Below are positions 34,452-47,300 of a stretch of 64,000 bases of DNA, piece by piece. Every line of letters begins with the position of its first letter. The first letter of the stretch is position 1. Below the pieces are notes generated by a model. It did not search any database. It was given only the letters and a program-made list of their open reading frames with translations, and was not told the DNA's origin. This DNA comes from Eledone cirrhosa (taxonomy: Eukaryota), in contig OZ024743.1 of the NCBI GenBank assembly GCA_964016885.1, positions 63,922,001-63,986,000 of the forward strand, read 5' to 3'. A program made the translations under genes and the position numbers.

Positions 34452-36435
34452 GTTATTGTTATTCCTTGAATCTCAGTCATTGATGTTGGTTAACTGGAAA
34501 GTCCGTTGGATTGAATATCAAGCCACTACCTGCAGCCTCAGATATTCAGGACGTATCGGAGGGTTCTTGCTGTTCCAAGCAAGCATGCCTTTTGAAGCGT
34601 TCCAAAAAGCGTGAAGGGGCCGATTTTCTTTAACCATCCCTGGAAACTTTTGGAGATAGTCCCCAGTGCGCCTATGACAATCGGGATCACTTTGACTTCA
34701 TGGCAGTTCCAAATCCTTTTCACCTCCCACTTTAGGTCCTGGTATCGGTTAATTTTCTCCCTCTCCTTCTCTTGCACTCTCGTGTCGAACGGGCAGGCCA
34801 CATCCACAATCAGGCACGATCTTTTTTCTTTGTCCACAACCACCAGGTCAGGTCTATTGTGTTCCAGTTTTTTGTCCGTCTGTATCCTAAAATCCCACAG
34901 CACCTTCACCTGACTGTTCTCCATCACCGCCTCTGGCCTATGCTCATACCATTTCTCAGAATGTGGTAAATTGTTTACTTTGCACAGGTGCCAGTGGATC
35001 ACCCTGCCCATCACATCGTGTCTCCAGCCCTTATAGTGGGTCTGGGCTAGGTGTTTACACTCGGACACAATGTGAGCCACAGTCTCCTCTCTCTCTCCAC
35101 AGATCCTGCACAGTGGGCTAGCCTCCTCCTTGTAGATATGGTGCTTCAACCACTTCGTTTTGAGGGCCTGCTCCTGCGCAGCCATTAGCATTCCTTCTGT
35201 AGCCTTTTTGAGGTCTCCTCTTCTCAACCAGTTCCATGTCTGTGGATCTCTAAATTCAGTTTTCTCAAAGAAGGTACTATGAAGGGATTTTCCCTTAAGG
35301 CTGCTCTTCCTCCTTGATGTTATTTCCTCCTTGGATATCCCCTGGCCTACTGTCCCCTCCTTCAGTACAGCTCTGAGCATTGGCTCCTTACTATAGGTCA
35401 CGTATTTGTATAGGTTGTTTTTCTCCATCTGAACACAGTCCTCTATGCTGATAAGACCTCTTCCACCCTCAGATCTCCTTAGGTAGAGTCTATCGACATC
35501 ACTCCTCTTGTGGAACATGTTGTAGATAGTCAATATCTTCCTAGTCTTCCTATCCATTTCTTTTTGTTCAGCAACATTCCATCTCAGAATTCCCGCACTG
35601 TACCTAATAATAGACACAGCTCGGGAATTTACTGCGCTTATGGCATTTCTGCTGTTCAGATGTGACTTCAATACGCTCCTTACTCTCCGAATGTATTCAG
35701 TTCTTAACAATTCCTTCATTTTTTTGTTCTTTATGCCATCAGCCTCCAGAACGCCCAAATACTTGTATCCTTCCTCAGAGTCAATTTCCTTTATCATCTC
35801 ACCTGTTGGTATCTGGATCCCGTTACTTCTGCTCAACCTACCCCTCTTCATCACAATGACTCCACATTTACCAATACCAAACTGCATACATATATCACTG
35901 CTGAAAATACGGACAGTGTCAACAAGCACATCCAACTCCTTCTCACTTTTCCCGAAGAGCTTAAGATCGTCCATGAAGAGGAGGTGATTGATGGTAAGCT
36001 CTCCCCTTCCCAACTTGTATCCTGCTCTCACTTTTCGCAGCATAATGGTCAAGGGCATCAGGGCAAGGACAAACAACAGAGGGGACAGGCTATCTCCCTG
36101 GAAGATACCTCTCTTGATCTTCACGCTTCCCAAGGATACTCCAGTTGATGTCAACTCTGTCTCCCAGGACCCCATACTCCTGTCCAGCAACTGTCTGATG
36201 TTATCTGCCACCCTGAAGATCTCCAGGCTTTTGGTGATCCAGGAATGAGGCACCATGTCAAATGCCTTTCTGTAGTCTATCCATCCCATGGCAAGATCAG
36301 TGTGTCTCCTCCTGCAATTCCCCATTACCATCTTATCAATAAGCAACTGGTCCTTTGTACCACGTGACTTCTTTCGGCATCCTTTCTGTTCGTCCGGTAA
36401 CAAGTTGTTTGTGTGGAGGTGATGGTAGATTTCCT
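34452..36435 (-). mobile_element. Dong-4, 5'-truncated; most of RT plus RLE in an open frame
   Basis: ORF 34538-36469 is near-identical to the Dong-1 C-terminal ~630 aa. Confidence 0.93.
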
Positions 36436-36674
36436 TATTATTATTATTATTATTATTATTGAATGCCATGGTTGACGGAGGCTCGGCTCTGTAAGGTATA
36501 GTAATTTTTAACCGTTAAAACAATTGTAAATTGTTTAAAACTTGAACCAAATTGTTGATAAAGACACCCTCCTCCTCGTGAGAGGGGTCTTTCTGTCCGT
36601 TATTTGGCCCTTCGGGGCTAAATAACCGGTTATTGGGGTTTTGTACCCAATATTCATTTTAAACAAAAAACAAC

Positions 36675-38771
36675 ATGGCTACGAAAAAGAAATTTCATAC
36701 GTCACTCCCACTCATTCCGTCTTCTTCTTCCTCAATCATCACTACAGCAGAGAGAAGATTGTCTCTCTCCCTCCCTTCTTTAAATGTGTCTCTCTCCCTC
36801 CCTTCTCTTTCGCAAGTGACGAAAGAAAAGAAAAGTCTCGTGCAAAGCGTGCAAAGTTTCTCCACGACGACGACGACAGCGACGAAACAGGTGTGCGGGA
36901 AATACGAAAACCCAGTTCATTCGTCTGACGTCAGGAATAATAGCAGTAGCAGCCGTAATAACAACAGCAACAGTGACAATGAAAACAACAGTAGCAGCCG
37001 CAACAGCATCACCAGCAGCATAAACAACAACAGCATTAGCAGCAGCAACACCAACAACAACCACAGCAACAGCGGCGGAGGCAGTAGTCGTAGTACCTGC
37101 AGCAACAACAAAAGTACCAGCAGCTCTGACGACAACAACAACAGCAGAGAAAAACCAATCTCATTTGCAGGTATTGCGAAAAACTTGGAAACAATCCTCA
37201 TAACAAATGAGGAATTAGAGGAAGCGAAGAAGATGGTTACAAAGAACGGACACCGAGCAATCTGCAAGGCAGCGGAAAAATTTTTCGAAACCCAAGAGCA
37301 CTGTACGGTCACGTACCGTACAGTAAGTACAAAATCCCGTAGGGTGGAAAGAGCCACAGAGGCCCAAATACAAAAAGCCTTGAGGTCTGTGTGGCAGCGG
37401 AAAACGCACATCACCCGAGGCAAAAAATATGCCACCGTAGACGTACTTTTTGCCACACCCCAGGAGGCAAAGGCCCAATCAGTAGTGACCCTAAGGAGCG
37501 AGGAAATGGTGTTGGTGCCCTCCTACTGTGGGCAAAAAATTGTGAGGGTCAAACTGACCCACGTCCCCCCCGGAATGACCCCTTCTTGGCTGGCCGCGTC
37601 TGTCCTCGTCGGAATCGAGGACAAAACAACTGTACTGCAAGTACAGAAAAAAGTAAGAGAAGATTGGGTCGGCTCCTCCATTGAGATGCTAATCCAAACC
37701 AACCAGGAGTGCATCGAAGCTATCCCGGATGTGATAGACTTCGATAACGGCACTCAACTGCCCATAAGTGTTGAGGGCAAACGCCCGAAATGCTTTCGCT
37801 GTGGATCGAAGACTCACCTCAGGGCCTTCTGCAACGAGAAGACCCTGAGAAAGGAGAAAACCCCCCTCCTTCCGAATCCGGCTCCACGGCTACCAGCAAC
37901 AGGACAAGCGGCAACCAGGAACGATAGGCCCGTGGCACCCATACCCACTCCACGGAAATCAAAAACAGCAGCAGCAGTGGAAATACTAACAACAACAACA
38001 GCAATACCAAATGCAGCTGCAACAGAGACTCCAGTGCAAACATCACCAACAACAACAAGTGAAAGAGTGGAGCTGGTACCCCTCTCCGACCTCACAGAAT
38101 CAGACATGGAGTGTGAGGTGGGAGAGAGATGGCAAAAGGTCGTAAGAAGGCACAAACGCAGAAGCAGCGCATCGTCGCCTTTGAAAAGGGAGGAAAGAAA
38201 TGAGAAAAGGGTAAAGTCTACTGCAAAGAGACCCACAGCAGCAACAACACCAACACCATCACCACCCACACTAGCGCCACCATCACCACCGGCGACAACC
38301 CCACCGCCAACAACACCTTCAACACCACCACCACAAGCACCAACATCGCAAACACAACAACAAAACACACACACCCAGCAACAACGACAAGAAAATAGCA
38401 GAACCACACCCCACCCCCAGAAAAACAAATGCACGGCAATAAATACACACAACAAGAAACTAATGACTTACATAATTGAACACACAGACATTTCACAGCA
38501 CGACTACATAATACCAGCACCAATCAAAACGCCAACTAACATAAGACTGCTAAAAATAGCACAGAAACAATACACAAACATTAAAACGAAATTCCCCAAC
38601 GCAGTTGGTGATTTCAGGGACCTAGGAGGAACCATCAATCGAAGAGTATACTCAGACATTCTCTTAGAAGAGCCGACGACCAGCCGAAGGGACGATTCAA
38701 CGGTCCCTTCACCAGACGATCAAGTGAAAAGGGATGTAAAAACCATCCCTCCTCTACCAAAAGTACGGTAA
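36675..38771 (+). CDS. Tx1-E ORF1
   Basis: 698 aa; Ser/Asn-rich N-terminus; CCHC CFRCGSKTHLRAFC. Confidence 0.88.
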   Translation: MATKKKFHTSLPLIPSSSSSIITTAERRLSLSLPSLNVSLSLPSLSQVTKEKKSLVQSVQSFSTTTTTATKQVCGKYENPVHSSDVRNNSSSSRNNNSNSDNENNSSSRNSITSSINNNSISSSNTNNNHSNSGGGSSRSTCSNNKSTSSSDDNNNSREKPISFAGIAKNLETILITNEELEEAKKMVTKNGHRAICKAAEKFFETQEHCTVTYRTVSTKSRRVERATEAQIQKALRSVWQRKTHITRGKKYATVDVLFATPQEAKAQSVVTLRSEEMVLVPSYCGQKIVRVKLTHVPPGMTPSWLAASVLVGIEDKTTVLQVQKKVREDWVGSSIEMLIQTNQECIEAIPDVIDFDNGTQLPISVEGKRPKCFRCGSKTHLRAFCNEKTLRKEKTPLLPNPAPRLPATGQAATRNDRPVAPIPTPRKSKTAAAVEILTTTTAIPNAAATETPVQTSPTTTSERVELVPLSDLTESDMECEVGERWQKVVRRHKRRSSASSPLKREERNEKRVKSTAKRPTAATTPTPSPPTLAPPSPPATTPPPTTPSTPPPQAPTSQTQQQNTHTQQQRQENSRTTPHPQKNKCTAINTHNKKLMTYIIEHTDISQHDYIIPAPIKTPTNIRLLKIAQKQYTNIKTKFPNAVGDFRDLGGTINRRVYSDILLEEPTTSRRDDSTVPSPDDQVKRDVKTIPPLPKVR

Positions 38772-38806
38772 GTGGTCTTTCCCATCTTTTCCACTCTATT
38801 TTAAAC

Positions 38807-41800
38807 ATGACCTCACTCAGAATAGGCAGCATAAATGCGCGTGGCTTGGGGTCGTCATGGAAGCAGGGTCACCTGCTCAACGACCTCAGGTCACTAAACA
38901 TAGATGTAGTGGCCATCAGCGAGACCAGAATCTCCGAAGCACGGGCCTTCGCACCGATCTTCGGCGGCTACGATGTGTACGCATCTCCCAGCCGTCCTGG
39001 ATCGGGTGGAGGAGTTGCTGTGCTTTTTCGGAGAGGTTTGGATCTCGCCATACGGGCCATCTTCCTGGACCCAGAGGGTAAGCTGGTGGTGCTGGACGTG
39101 ACCAGCGGAGACGGGCAAGCTTTCAGGCTAGTGGCCGTCTATGCCCCGACAGGAGCAGGGCGGCCTGATTTCTTCCGGCGTCTGGAGACCTTTCTTGGAA
39201 CGTCCCGCTCTTTAGTGTTAGTGGGCGACTGGAACGGGATCTTAGATGCACGCTGGGACTGTGTGGGATTAGCGGATAGGGGTGGAGGGTGCAAGAGCCT
39301 CACCAACCTGCTCAGGCGTTTTGAACTGTCTGACAGGTACCGATTGGATTTCCCAATGTGGACTTGGACAAACCGCATAGGGTCATCCAGATCATATCTA
39401 GATAGAGTATTTTGTAGGGAAATAGATAGGTCTAGCATAGGCTGTCCACAATTCAATATAGTCAGCTACACGGACCACAAATTCGTGACCTGTGTGCTTG
39501 ACTTAGATAGGCTTCATAGACGAGGACCCGGCTACTGGAAGCTAAACGCGTCCTTACCAGCGCGCAAGGCCTACAGAGACCGGATTAGCGAACTAGTTAA
39601 GCGGGCGTTGACGGGGGCCATCGTCAACAACAAGTGGTGGTTTGCTCTGAAAAGAGCGATTAGAATAGAATCGATTAGGTTTAGTAAGGCTTTAGCAATA
39701 GAGAAAAATAGAGCAGAGGGAGAACTAGTTAGAAAATTAGACGAGGCGCTTAGCAAAGGCATTGCGACCGACGTGCTTGCGGCGAAATTGGCCCTTGACC
39801 AATTCTTCAATGCAAAGCACGAAGGCTGCGTTGTCAAAGCTAGGGTGCGTGCTCTCAGACACGAGGGGACGAAAGCCGTTCAATGGGCCCGAGTGGCGGA
39901 GGCGCGTCGTGGCAACAAAGCCACGATCCGGTCTTTGGTGGACCACGACGGGCGCATGCTACTCGATCCCGGGCAAATGTGTGAAGCTTTTCAGCGACAC
40001 TTCGCTCAGCTGTTCGGGGGCAGCGGGGGGCCGGGTAGAGGGATGGACTTTAGTGTCTACCTCGACGGACTGCCGCGGCTCTCGGCCACTGAGGCGAAGT
40101 GTTGCGAAAAGCCGATAACAGCCGCTGAAGTACGGGAGGCAATGACTGGCTGCACAAGGGGTAAATCGCCTGGTTTGGATGGTCTGCCCTATGAACTTTA
40201 CGTACAGATGCCAGACTTGTTCGGAGGCCTCTTGGCGGACGTCTACTGCAACTGGCAACAGAACGGGAGAATTCCCAGTTCTGTGAGCCGAGGAGCGGTG
40301 GCACTGCTGAGAAAGGATCCGAACAAGGGGGATAACATAGACAATTTCCGGCCCATAACTCTGCTAAACACAGAGTTTAAGATTTTGGCCAAGGTGCTAG
40401 CAAAGAGGTTGGCGCTTGTCGTTGGTGGTCTGGTGGGAGAGGCGCAGACATGCGCCATTCCCGACAGATCCATCCACGACAACCTCCACCTCATGCGATA
40501 CATCGTAGAGAGGGTAGCTAGGGAACCTGGCACGGGTGGGTCCTTGATCAATTTAGATCAGTCGAAAGCTTTCGATAGGGTCGATCATCGTTACCTAGCG
40601 GCAGTCCTGAGGGCGGCTGGCTTTGGGCCCGTCTTCAGAGGCTGGATCGCTGCCATGCACAGCGACATCTGCTCTGTAGTGAGAGTGAACGGTCACCTGT
40701 CGGAACCGTTCAACATCATGCGCTCGGTCCGCCAAGGATGTCCCCTCTCGTCCCTCTTGTACGTATTGACTCTCGAGCCATTACTGCACAAACTGGAGAC
40801 GTTGAGGGGGCGTCCCGCGCGAACTAGGATGCGGAAGATCCGTGTCAGCATATGCGGACGATGTCACCGTAGTGGTGTCGAACGCCAAACACATCGAGGC
40901 GATCGGCACTACACTAAGAGAATACGAAGCGGTGACAGGAGCAATGATCAACCAGGAAAAGTCAGTGGGCCTGCAGCTCGGCACCTGGAGAGGCAGGTCC
41001 ATGCCGTCCAACAGCGTCGTCGGGCGCTGGACGGACGGACCGGTTAAATTGCTAGGGGTCTGGTTCGGTCCGGACCTCCAGACGGACAAAAACTGGGACG
41101 AGGTGACGAGCAGGGTGGCTTCTCTCACCCAGAAATGGGCGGAGAGGAAGCTATCCCTGAAAGGTCGAGCGGAGGTGGCTAACGCGTACATCGCGTCTGT
41201 CATCTGCTACCGCCTAACCGTCGTACCTTGTCCTAAGCCTCGCCTGACTGCGCTGGAGCGTTTGCTCTTTCGCTTTTTGTGGAAGGGACGTGCTCCGATG
41301 GTCAGGCGGTCCATCTGTTGTCAACACCCGCTACGTGGAGGGCTGGGCATGCCGTGGCTGATGATGCGCAGGCACGCGCTCAGGCTACGACATCTCCACC
41401 TCTTCCTCGACGGTGATCAGGTGTGGTCGCCGTTTGCTAGACGCGTTTTTCCCCAGCTCGTTTCCTTGACGGAGCTGCAGTCCTGGGTCAAGCGAAGACC
41501 GAGAGGGAGCGCCTGGAGACTGGAATGTCTTCAGGCGCTCACAGCCCTCGACCAATCGGGCAATGTGATCGGTGGAAACTCCACCTCGGCGTTCTATATA
41601 GGATTAGTGGAGGGGAAGAGCGACGACGTACTTGGGGAAACTCTAGGCGTCGACGAAAATCAACTAGCCAATCTCTTCGGAAGAACTTTCGGGCCAGGGC
41701 CTATGGACAACTTCCAGAAATCTCTGGCCTGGCAGTGCTACCGAGGAGCCTTGCCAGTTCGGGATAAACTCTACAGGCATGGAGGTGCCGTCAGCCGGGC

Positions 41801-42218
41801 ATGTCCGAGATGCGCGCAGGGCGACGAAACCGTCCTGCACGCACTCGTCCAGTGTCCGAAAATTGCTGACTTGTGGGTTTATGTGGAACACCTGCTGTCG
41901 CGTTTAGGACGGATCCAGCTATCATCTGAGTCTATCGTGAGGATTGCCCCGCCCTCCTCCTTTAGCCGGGAAGGGCAGGCAGTTTTTATCTGTCTGGTGG
42001 CCATGGCGAAAGAGATAGTATGGTGGACACGTTTGAAAGGGCTGAAGACGAGCACTTACCTCTTCGGTGATGCTCTCATTGACTTTTTCAAATTTCATTT
42101 GAAAAGGAAAATCAGAGTAGAGAAGGAAGTGCTCTCTTCCCAGCATTTTGTTGAAAGATGGGTGAGAGAAGCAAGTATGGCCCGAATGAATGGGCCTTCT
42201 CTGAGTATGTGTCTGTAA
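38807..42218 (+). pseudogene. Tx1-E ORF2 (APE-RT-ZnF), single +1 frameshift ~40811
   Basis: agggggcgtcc versus aggggggtcc in Tx1-C; otherwise open. Could be a consensus error in the G run. Confidence 0.9.
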
Positions 42219-42459
42219 ATTAAAGGTGGAAAACTGGGAGAGGGCACTTGCCCTGGTGGTCAGGGTCACTGTGGTCTTTTAATGGGCTTTCTCCACAAAT
42301 GTCCCTCGGAAGTCTCCCCCCTATTGGGGAATATTTCTTTGTTATTTTATTACATCCTCTGTTTTTTACACGCAGAAATGCCCATTTGTACCGTCCTGTA
42401 TTTTCCTGTATTGTCCTTAATGTCTACTTTATGTAAACCCTTGTGGTCAATAAAGAAAA

Positions 42460-42493
<34 letters not shown>

Positions 42494-42904
42494 GTTATTG
42501 TTATTCCTTGAATCTCAGTCATTGATGTTGGTTAACTGGAAAGTCCGTTGGATTGAATATCAAGCCACTACCTGCAGCCTCAGATATTCAGGACGTATCG
42601 GAGGGTTCTTGCTGTTCCAAGCAAGCATGCCTTTTGAAGCGTTCCAAAAAGCGTGAAGGGGCCGATTTTCTTTAACCATCCCTGGAAACTTTTGGAGATA
42701 GTCCCCAGTGCGCCTATGACAATCGGGATCACTTTGACTTCATGGCAGTTCCAAATCCTTTTCACCTCCCACTTTAGGTCCTGGTATCGGTTAATTTTCT
42801 CCCTCTCCTTCTCTTGCACTCTCGTGTCGAACGGGCAGGCCACATCCACAATCAGGCACGATCTTTTTTCTTTGTCCACAACCACCAGGTCAGGTCTATT
42901 GTGT
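42494..42904 (-). mobile_element. Dong-5, short 3' fragment
   Basis: Matches the Dong-4 3' end, including the caggcacg variant. Confidence 0.92.
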
Positions 42905-43166
42905 AAATTAAAGGTGGAAAACTGGGAGAGGGCACTTGCCTTGGTGGTCAGGGTCATTGTGGCTTTTTACTGGGCTTTCTCCACAAATGTCCCTCCGAAG
43001 TCTCCCCCCTATTGGGGAATTTTTCAATGTTATTTTCATTGTTATTTTTGTTACATCCTCTGTTTTTGTTTTTTTACACGCAGAAATGCCCATTTGTACC
43101 GTCCTGCATTGTCCTGCACTGTCCTTAATGTCTACTTTATGTAAACCCTTGTGGTTAATAAAGAAA

Positions 43167-43215
<49 letters not shown>
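42902..43215 (+). mobile_element. Tx1-F, 3'UTR-only copy with (TTA)n tail
   Basis: Starts at the ORF2 stop (tgTAAattaaagg); variant UTR; AATAAA then TTA repeats. Confidence 0.9.
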
Positions 43216-43217
<2 letters not shown>

Positions 43218-43491
43218 TTATTAGTAATATATATATATATATATATACATATATCAAATTTAATATAGAAATGGCTTCTACAGGACTAGAATTGTTTCAT
43301 TCAAAGAAAATCATCAGGAATTTTGTGTATACTCTCCTAATATTTTTGAGTACCTTACTTACTGTGGTTACCCCGATTGAACTTGGGACTCACACACACA
43401 CACAGACACACACACACATATATATATACATATGCAGGGTGTTCCTCAATATGTATATACACTTCAACAGCATTCTAATTAAAGTGTGCAT

Positions 43492-43595
43492 ATGGTGAAG
43501 GCATGTGGTTGAGTGGTTAGAGAATTGGATTCATAATCTTGAGGTTGTGAGTTCGATTCCTGGACCGGGCGATGCATTATGTCCTTGAGCAAGAC
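43492..43595 (+). mobile_element. tRNA-derived SINE head (CORE-like start), truncated
   Basis: A box TGGTTGAGTGG, B box GAGTTCGATTCC, then gtccttgagcaagac. Confidence 0.6.
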
Positions 43596-44108
43596 CGATA
43601 GATAGTATTAGCAACTGGAAAGACCGATGAAAATATTGCTTCCTCGGTCCAATTTGACGAAAGGCGATTGTTAAAAAAAATAATAATATATATATATATA
43701 TCATCATCATCATCACCATCTAACGCCTATTTTCCATGCTAGCGTGGGTTAGGTGAATTGTCCCATTGTGAGACAAGCTATGACTTGTTCATACAGAACT
43801 TTTTCTGGCTTGGTTTCTACGAATTAATGCCATTTAAAGTGTGGACTGGGTGCTTTTTATCATGACACCTACACAACCATTTAAAGTGTGGACTGGGTGC
43901 TGGGGTGGAGGAGGTGCATGTATGTAGGGTTGAGCAGGGAGAGGTAGATATAGGATGGGGTACTTAGCTGGTGATGAGTGGTGTGTAACAGCATGGATAA
44001 AGGATGGGATGTTAGAATGTGGGCGGCATGTTACAATGTGATATATATATAAACACACACACATATATATGTATATATATTTATATATTTGTGTGTATAT
44101 GTGTTTGT

Positions 44109-44154
<46 letters not shown>

Positions 44155-44242
44155 AACACACTGGACCTGTTATTTTTATCTAAAGAATTTTTTTCTAATT
44201 CCAACCCGCCCATCCCCTCAATCTATCTTATTTCTCATTTTT

Positions 44243-44278
44243 TCTTCTGATGAAGGACTAGCGTCCGAAACATTAAGA
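44243..44278 (+). ncRNA. Minimal hammerhead motif in a solo pLTR-like fragment (44160-44365)
   Basis: tctt-CTGATGA-a-ggac-tagc-gtcc-GAAACATT-aaga; stem III imperfect. Confidence 0.6.
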
Positions 44279-44387
44279 CCCTCTTCCTGCTATATCAAGC
44301 GTTAACCTAATATATTCCTTCTATATACTGTACCAATTGTGTTGTTATTTCTGTTTACCTTTTACATATATATATATATATATTTAT

Positions 44388-47300
44388 CTCACCCGATCCT
44401 CACGCCTCCTAATGCGCAACTCCATCCGCGCCTCCCGTTCCACCCTCCGCAAACTTGACCACCAACTGACCCCCACCCTCCTCCGCCTTAACTCCACCTG
44501 CCACCCCCTCCTCACCCAAGCCATCCTCCTCTTCATCCAAAACCTCAACCACGACCTCTTCTCCTTCCTCACCTCCACCAAAGCCCGCAAGCTACACTCA
44601 CTCCTCATATTTCGGCCGAACGCCACCGGCTCCGGACGCCCCAGACCCGTTTCTCGCCCTGGGCCGACGACCATCTTCTTGGACACCGGCCCCAGGGAAA
44701 TTTAGCACCCTGGACGCGTTCGTCGATGCCAGCCGTAGCGCCGTAAATCGTTTCGACTTCCGCCACCGTTCCAAACGGAATAATATCTCACGGGGCGAAC
44801 TCCTCGCTCTCTGCTCCCTCCGTAGCCGAGATGACATCGTCATCAAACCGGCGGACAAGGGAGGCGCCGTGGTGGTGTGGCGCGCGGACCTCTACACGGC
44901 CGAAGCCCTCAGGCAGCTCTGTAACCCCCTCTTCTACCGCCCTCTACCCTCCGATCCCACACCCCTCTACCAACAACAAGTTTCCTCCACCATCCAACAC
45001 CTTGTCTCCCCCCCCCGCTTCCCACCTCATCGTCCGCACCCCCCGCACCTCCACCATCTACTTCCTCCCCAAACTCCACAAACCCGACAACCCCGGCCGC
45101 CGCATCGTCTCCGCTTGCAACTGCCCCACCGACCGAACTCATCTCCGCCTTTCTCGACTCCATCCCGACCCCCTTGTCACCACCCTCCCCTCCCACACCT
45201 CCGACACCAACCACGCCCTGCGCCTTTTCGACTCCTTCACCTACCCACCCGGCCCACAGCCCTTCCTCTTCACCCTAGACATCAAGTCCCTCTATACCGT
45301 CATCCCCCACGCTGACGGCCTACGCGCCCTCAAACACTACCTCGACCTTCGCCCCTCCCCCATTCCCTAACCCCCACCCTCCTTCGCCACGCCGAGCTGG
45401 TCCTCACCCTCAATTGTTTCTCCTTCTCGGATGAGTTTTACCAACAGGTCACGGGGGTAGCCATGGGTACAAGAATGGACCCAAACTATGCCAACCTTTT
45501 TGTTGGCCATGCTGAGGCCCAATCTTCGCCCGAACTGTGCGGTCGTTACATCGACGACTGTATCGCAGCCACAAACCTCACCCGAGAACAGCTCGACTCC
45601 TTTCTCTCCTTCTTCTGCTCCTTCCACCCCTCCCTCCACTTCACCACCTCTATCTCCACCACCCACGTCCACTTCTTAGACATCCCCGTCGCCTTCGACC
45701 CCTCCCACCACTCCCTCGTCACCTCCGCCTTCTTCAAACCCACCGACTCCCACTCTTACCTCGACTTCACCTCTTCCCACCCCACACACACTAAACACTC
45801 TATTCCCTACTCCCAACTCCTCAGGATCCGCCGCCTCTGTAGCCGAGATGCCGACTTCGAGTCTCAGGCCCTTTCCCTAGTCAGCCATTTCATCCGCAGA
45901 GGTTACCCCCCCCTCTCTCGTCCACACCGCTCTCACCCGCGCCCGTGCTGTCCACCGCTCCACCACCCTCACCCCACTCCACCGCACACCCACCCACCGT
46001 ATCCCCTTCCCCCATCACCTACCACCCCTCCACCATACCCCTCCACCGCACCATCCTCCGCCTCTTCCGACGCCTCCAGTCCGACCCCTCCACCTCCCAC
46101 ATCTTCCCAGCCCCACCACTCCCCTCCTTCAAACGCGCACGCAATTTCCGCACCCTCCTCGTCCACAGCTCCCTACCCCCCAATCAACGCTCTCTTCTCC
46201 CCCGGTTCCATTCCCTGTTCTAGGCCCCGCTGCAACACCTGTCCCCCACATCACCAACACCACCACCTTCCAGGGTGCCAACGGCCACTCTCTCTCTGTC
46301 CGGCATGCCTTCCGCTGCACCTCCTTCAACCTAGTCTACGGACTTCGCTGCACGGAGTGCAGCGCGACTTACGTCGGACAGACTGGACGTCGCCTGGCGG
46401 ACAGATTTACTGAGCACCTCCGGGATATTCGTCTCGGTGGTAGTTCCCCCATCGCCCGCCACTTTGGTGCCCCTGGACATTCCGCACGCCATCTCACAGT
46501 CTGTGGCCTACTCCAATGCCACGGAACACCCGCCAATCTCCTAAGAGTTGAACAACGAACCATCTTCATCTTACAGACCCACACTCCCCCGGCCTGAACT
46601 CCCCACCCTTATTCCTTTAGCCTTCGACCGCCCCCTCCCCCCCACACATATCCCACACTAACACCACTAACACCCCCCCCCTTTTCACCACCCACCCCAC
46701 AACTAATAATACTAACACCTCCACTCCACCCCACATCCGACCACCCTTCCCCAACTAACATACTAACATCCCTCCCTTCTTCTCCTCCCCCCTCCTTATC
46801 ACACGCACACACCCACCGGCACATATATACACGCGCTCACACTAAACACACACCCTACTACCACCACTAACCCTCACCCCCACACATCCACCCCACCACC
46901 CCGCAACATCACTAACACCCCCTGACCCCAAGCACACGAACACACACACCCACTTACACCACCCACCCTACACGCAACTAACATCACTAACACCCCCCAA
47001 CCCTACGCACACGTACACACACACCCTCTTACACCACCCACTCTACACACCCTACCACCAGTGACCCCCACTAACACCCGCATTCAACCCTTTATCCACC
47101 TCCTGTATACTAACACCCACTAACACCCCCTTCACCAAACAAACACACCAGCACACCACACTCCCTCCATCGACCCCACAACCTTCTCTCCCCGCTCCAC
47201 CCACACCCTTTCTCAAACACTCACTCATCCCACTAACACCTCTACTAATACACCCCCCTCCTCACTCCAACTTTCACACCTACCCATCCTCTCCCCTTTA

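Larger units (their letters stand above)
36461..42493 (+). mobile_element. Full-length Tx1-clade LINE (Tx1-E) with (ATT)11 tail
   Basis: ORF1 36675-38771, ORF2 38807-42218, 3'UTR with AATAAA. Confidence 0.93.

Noticed and set aside
40800-40820. Programmed frameshift in Tx1-E ORF2
   Set aside because: Tx1-C is in frame at the same site and the indel is in a G run, so mutation or sequencing error is more likely.
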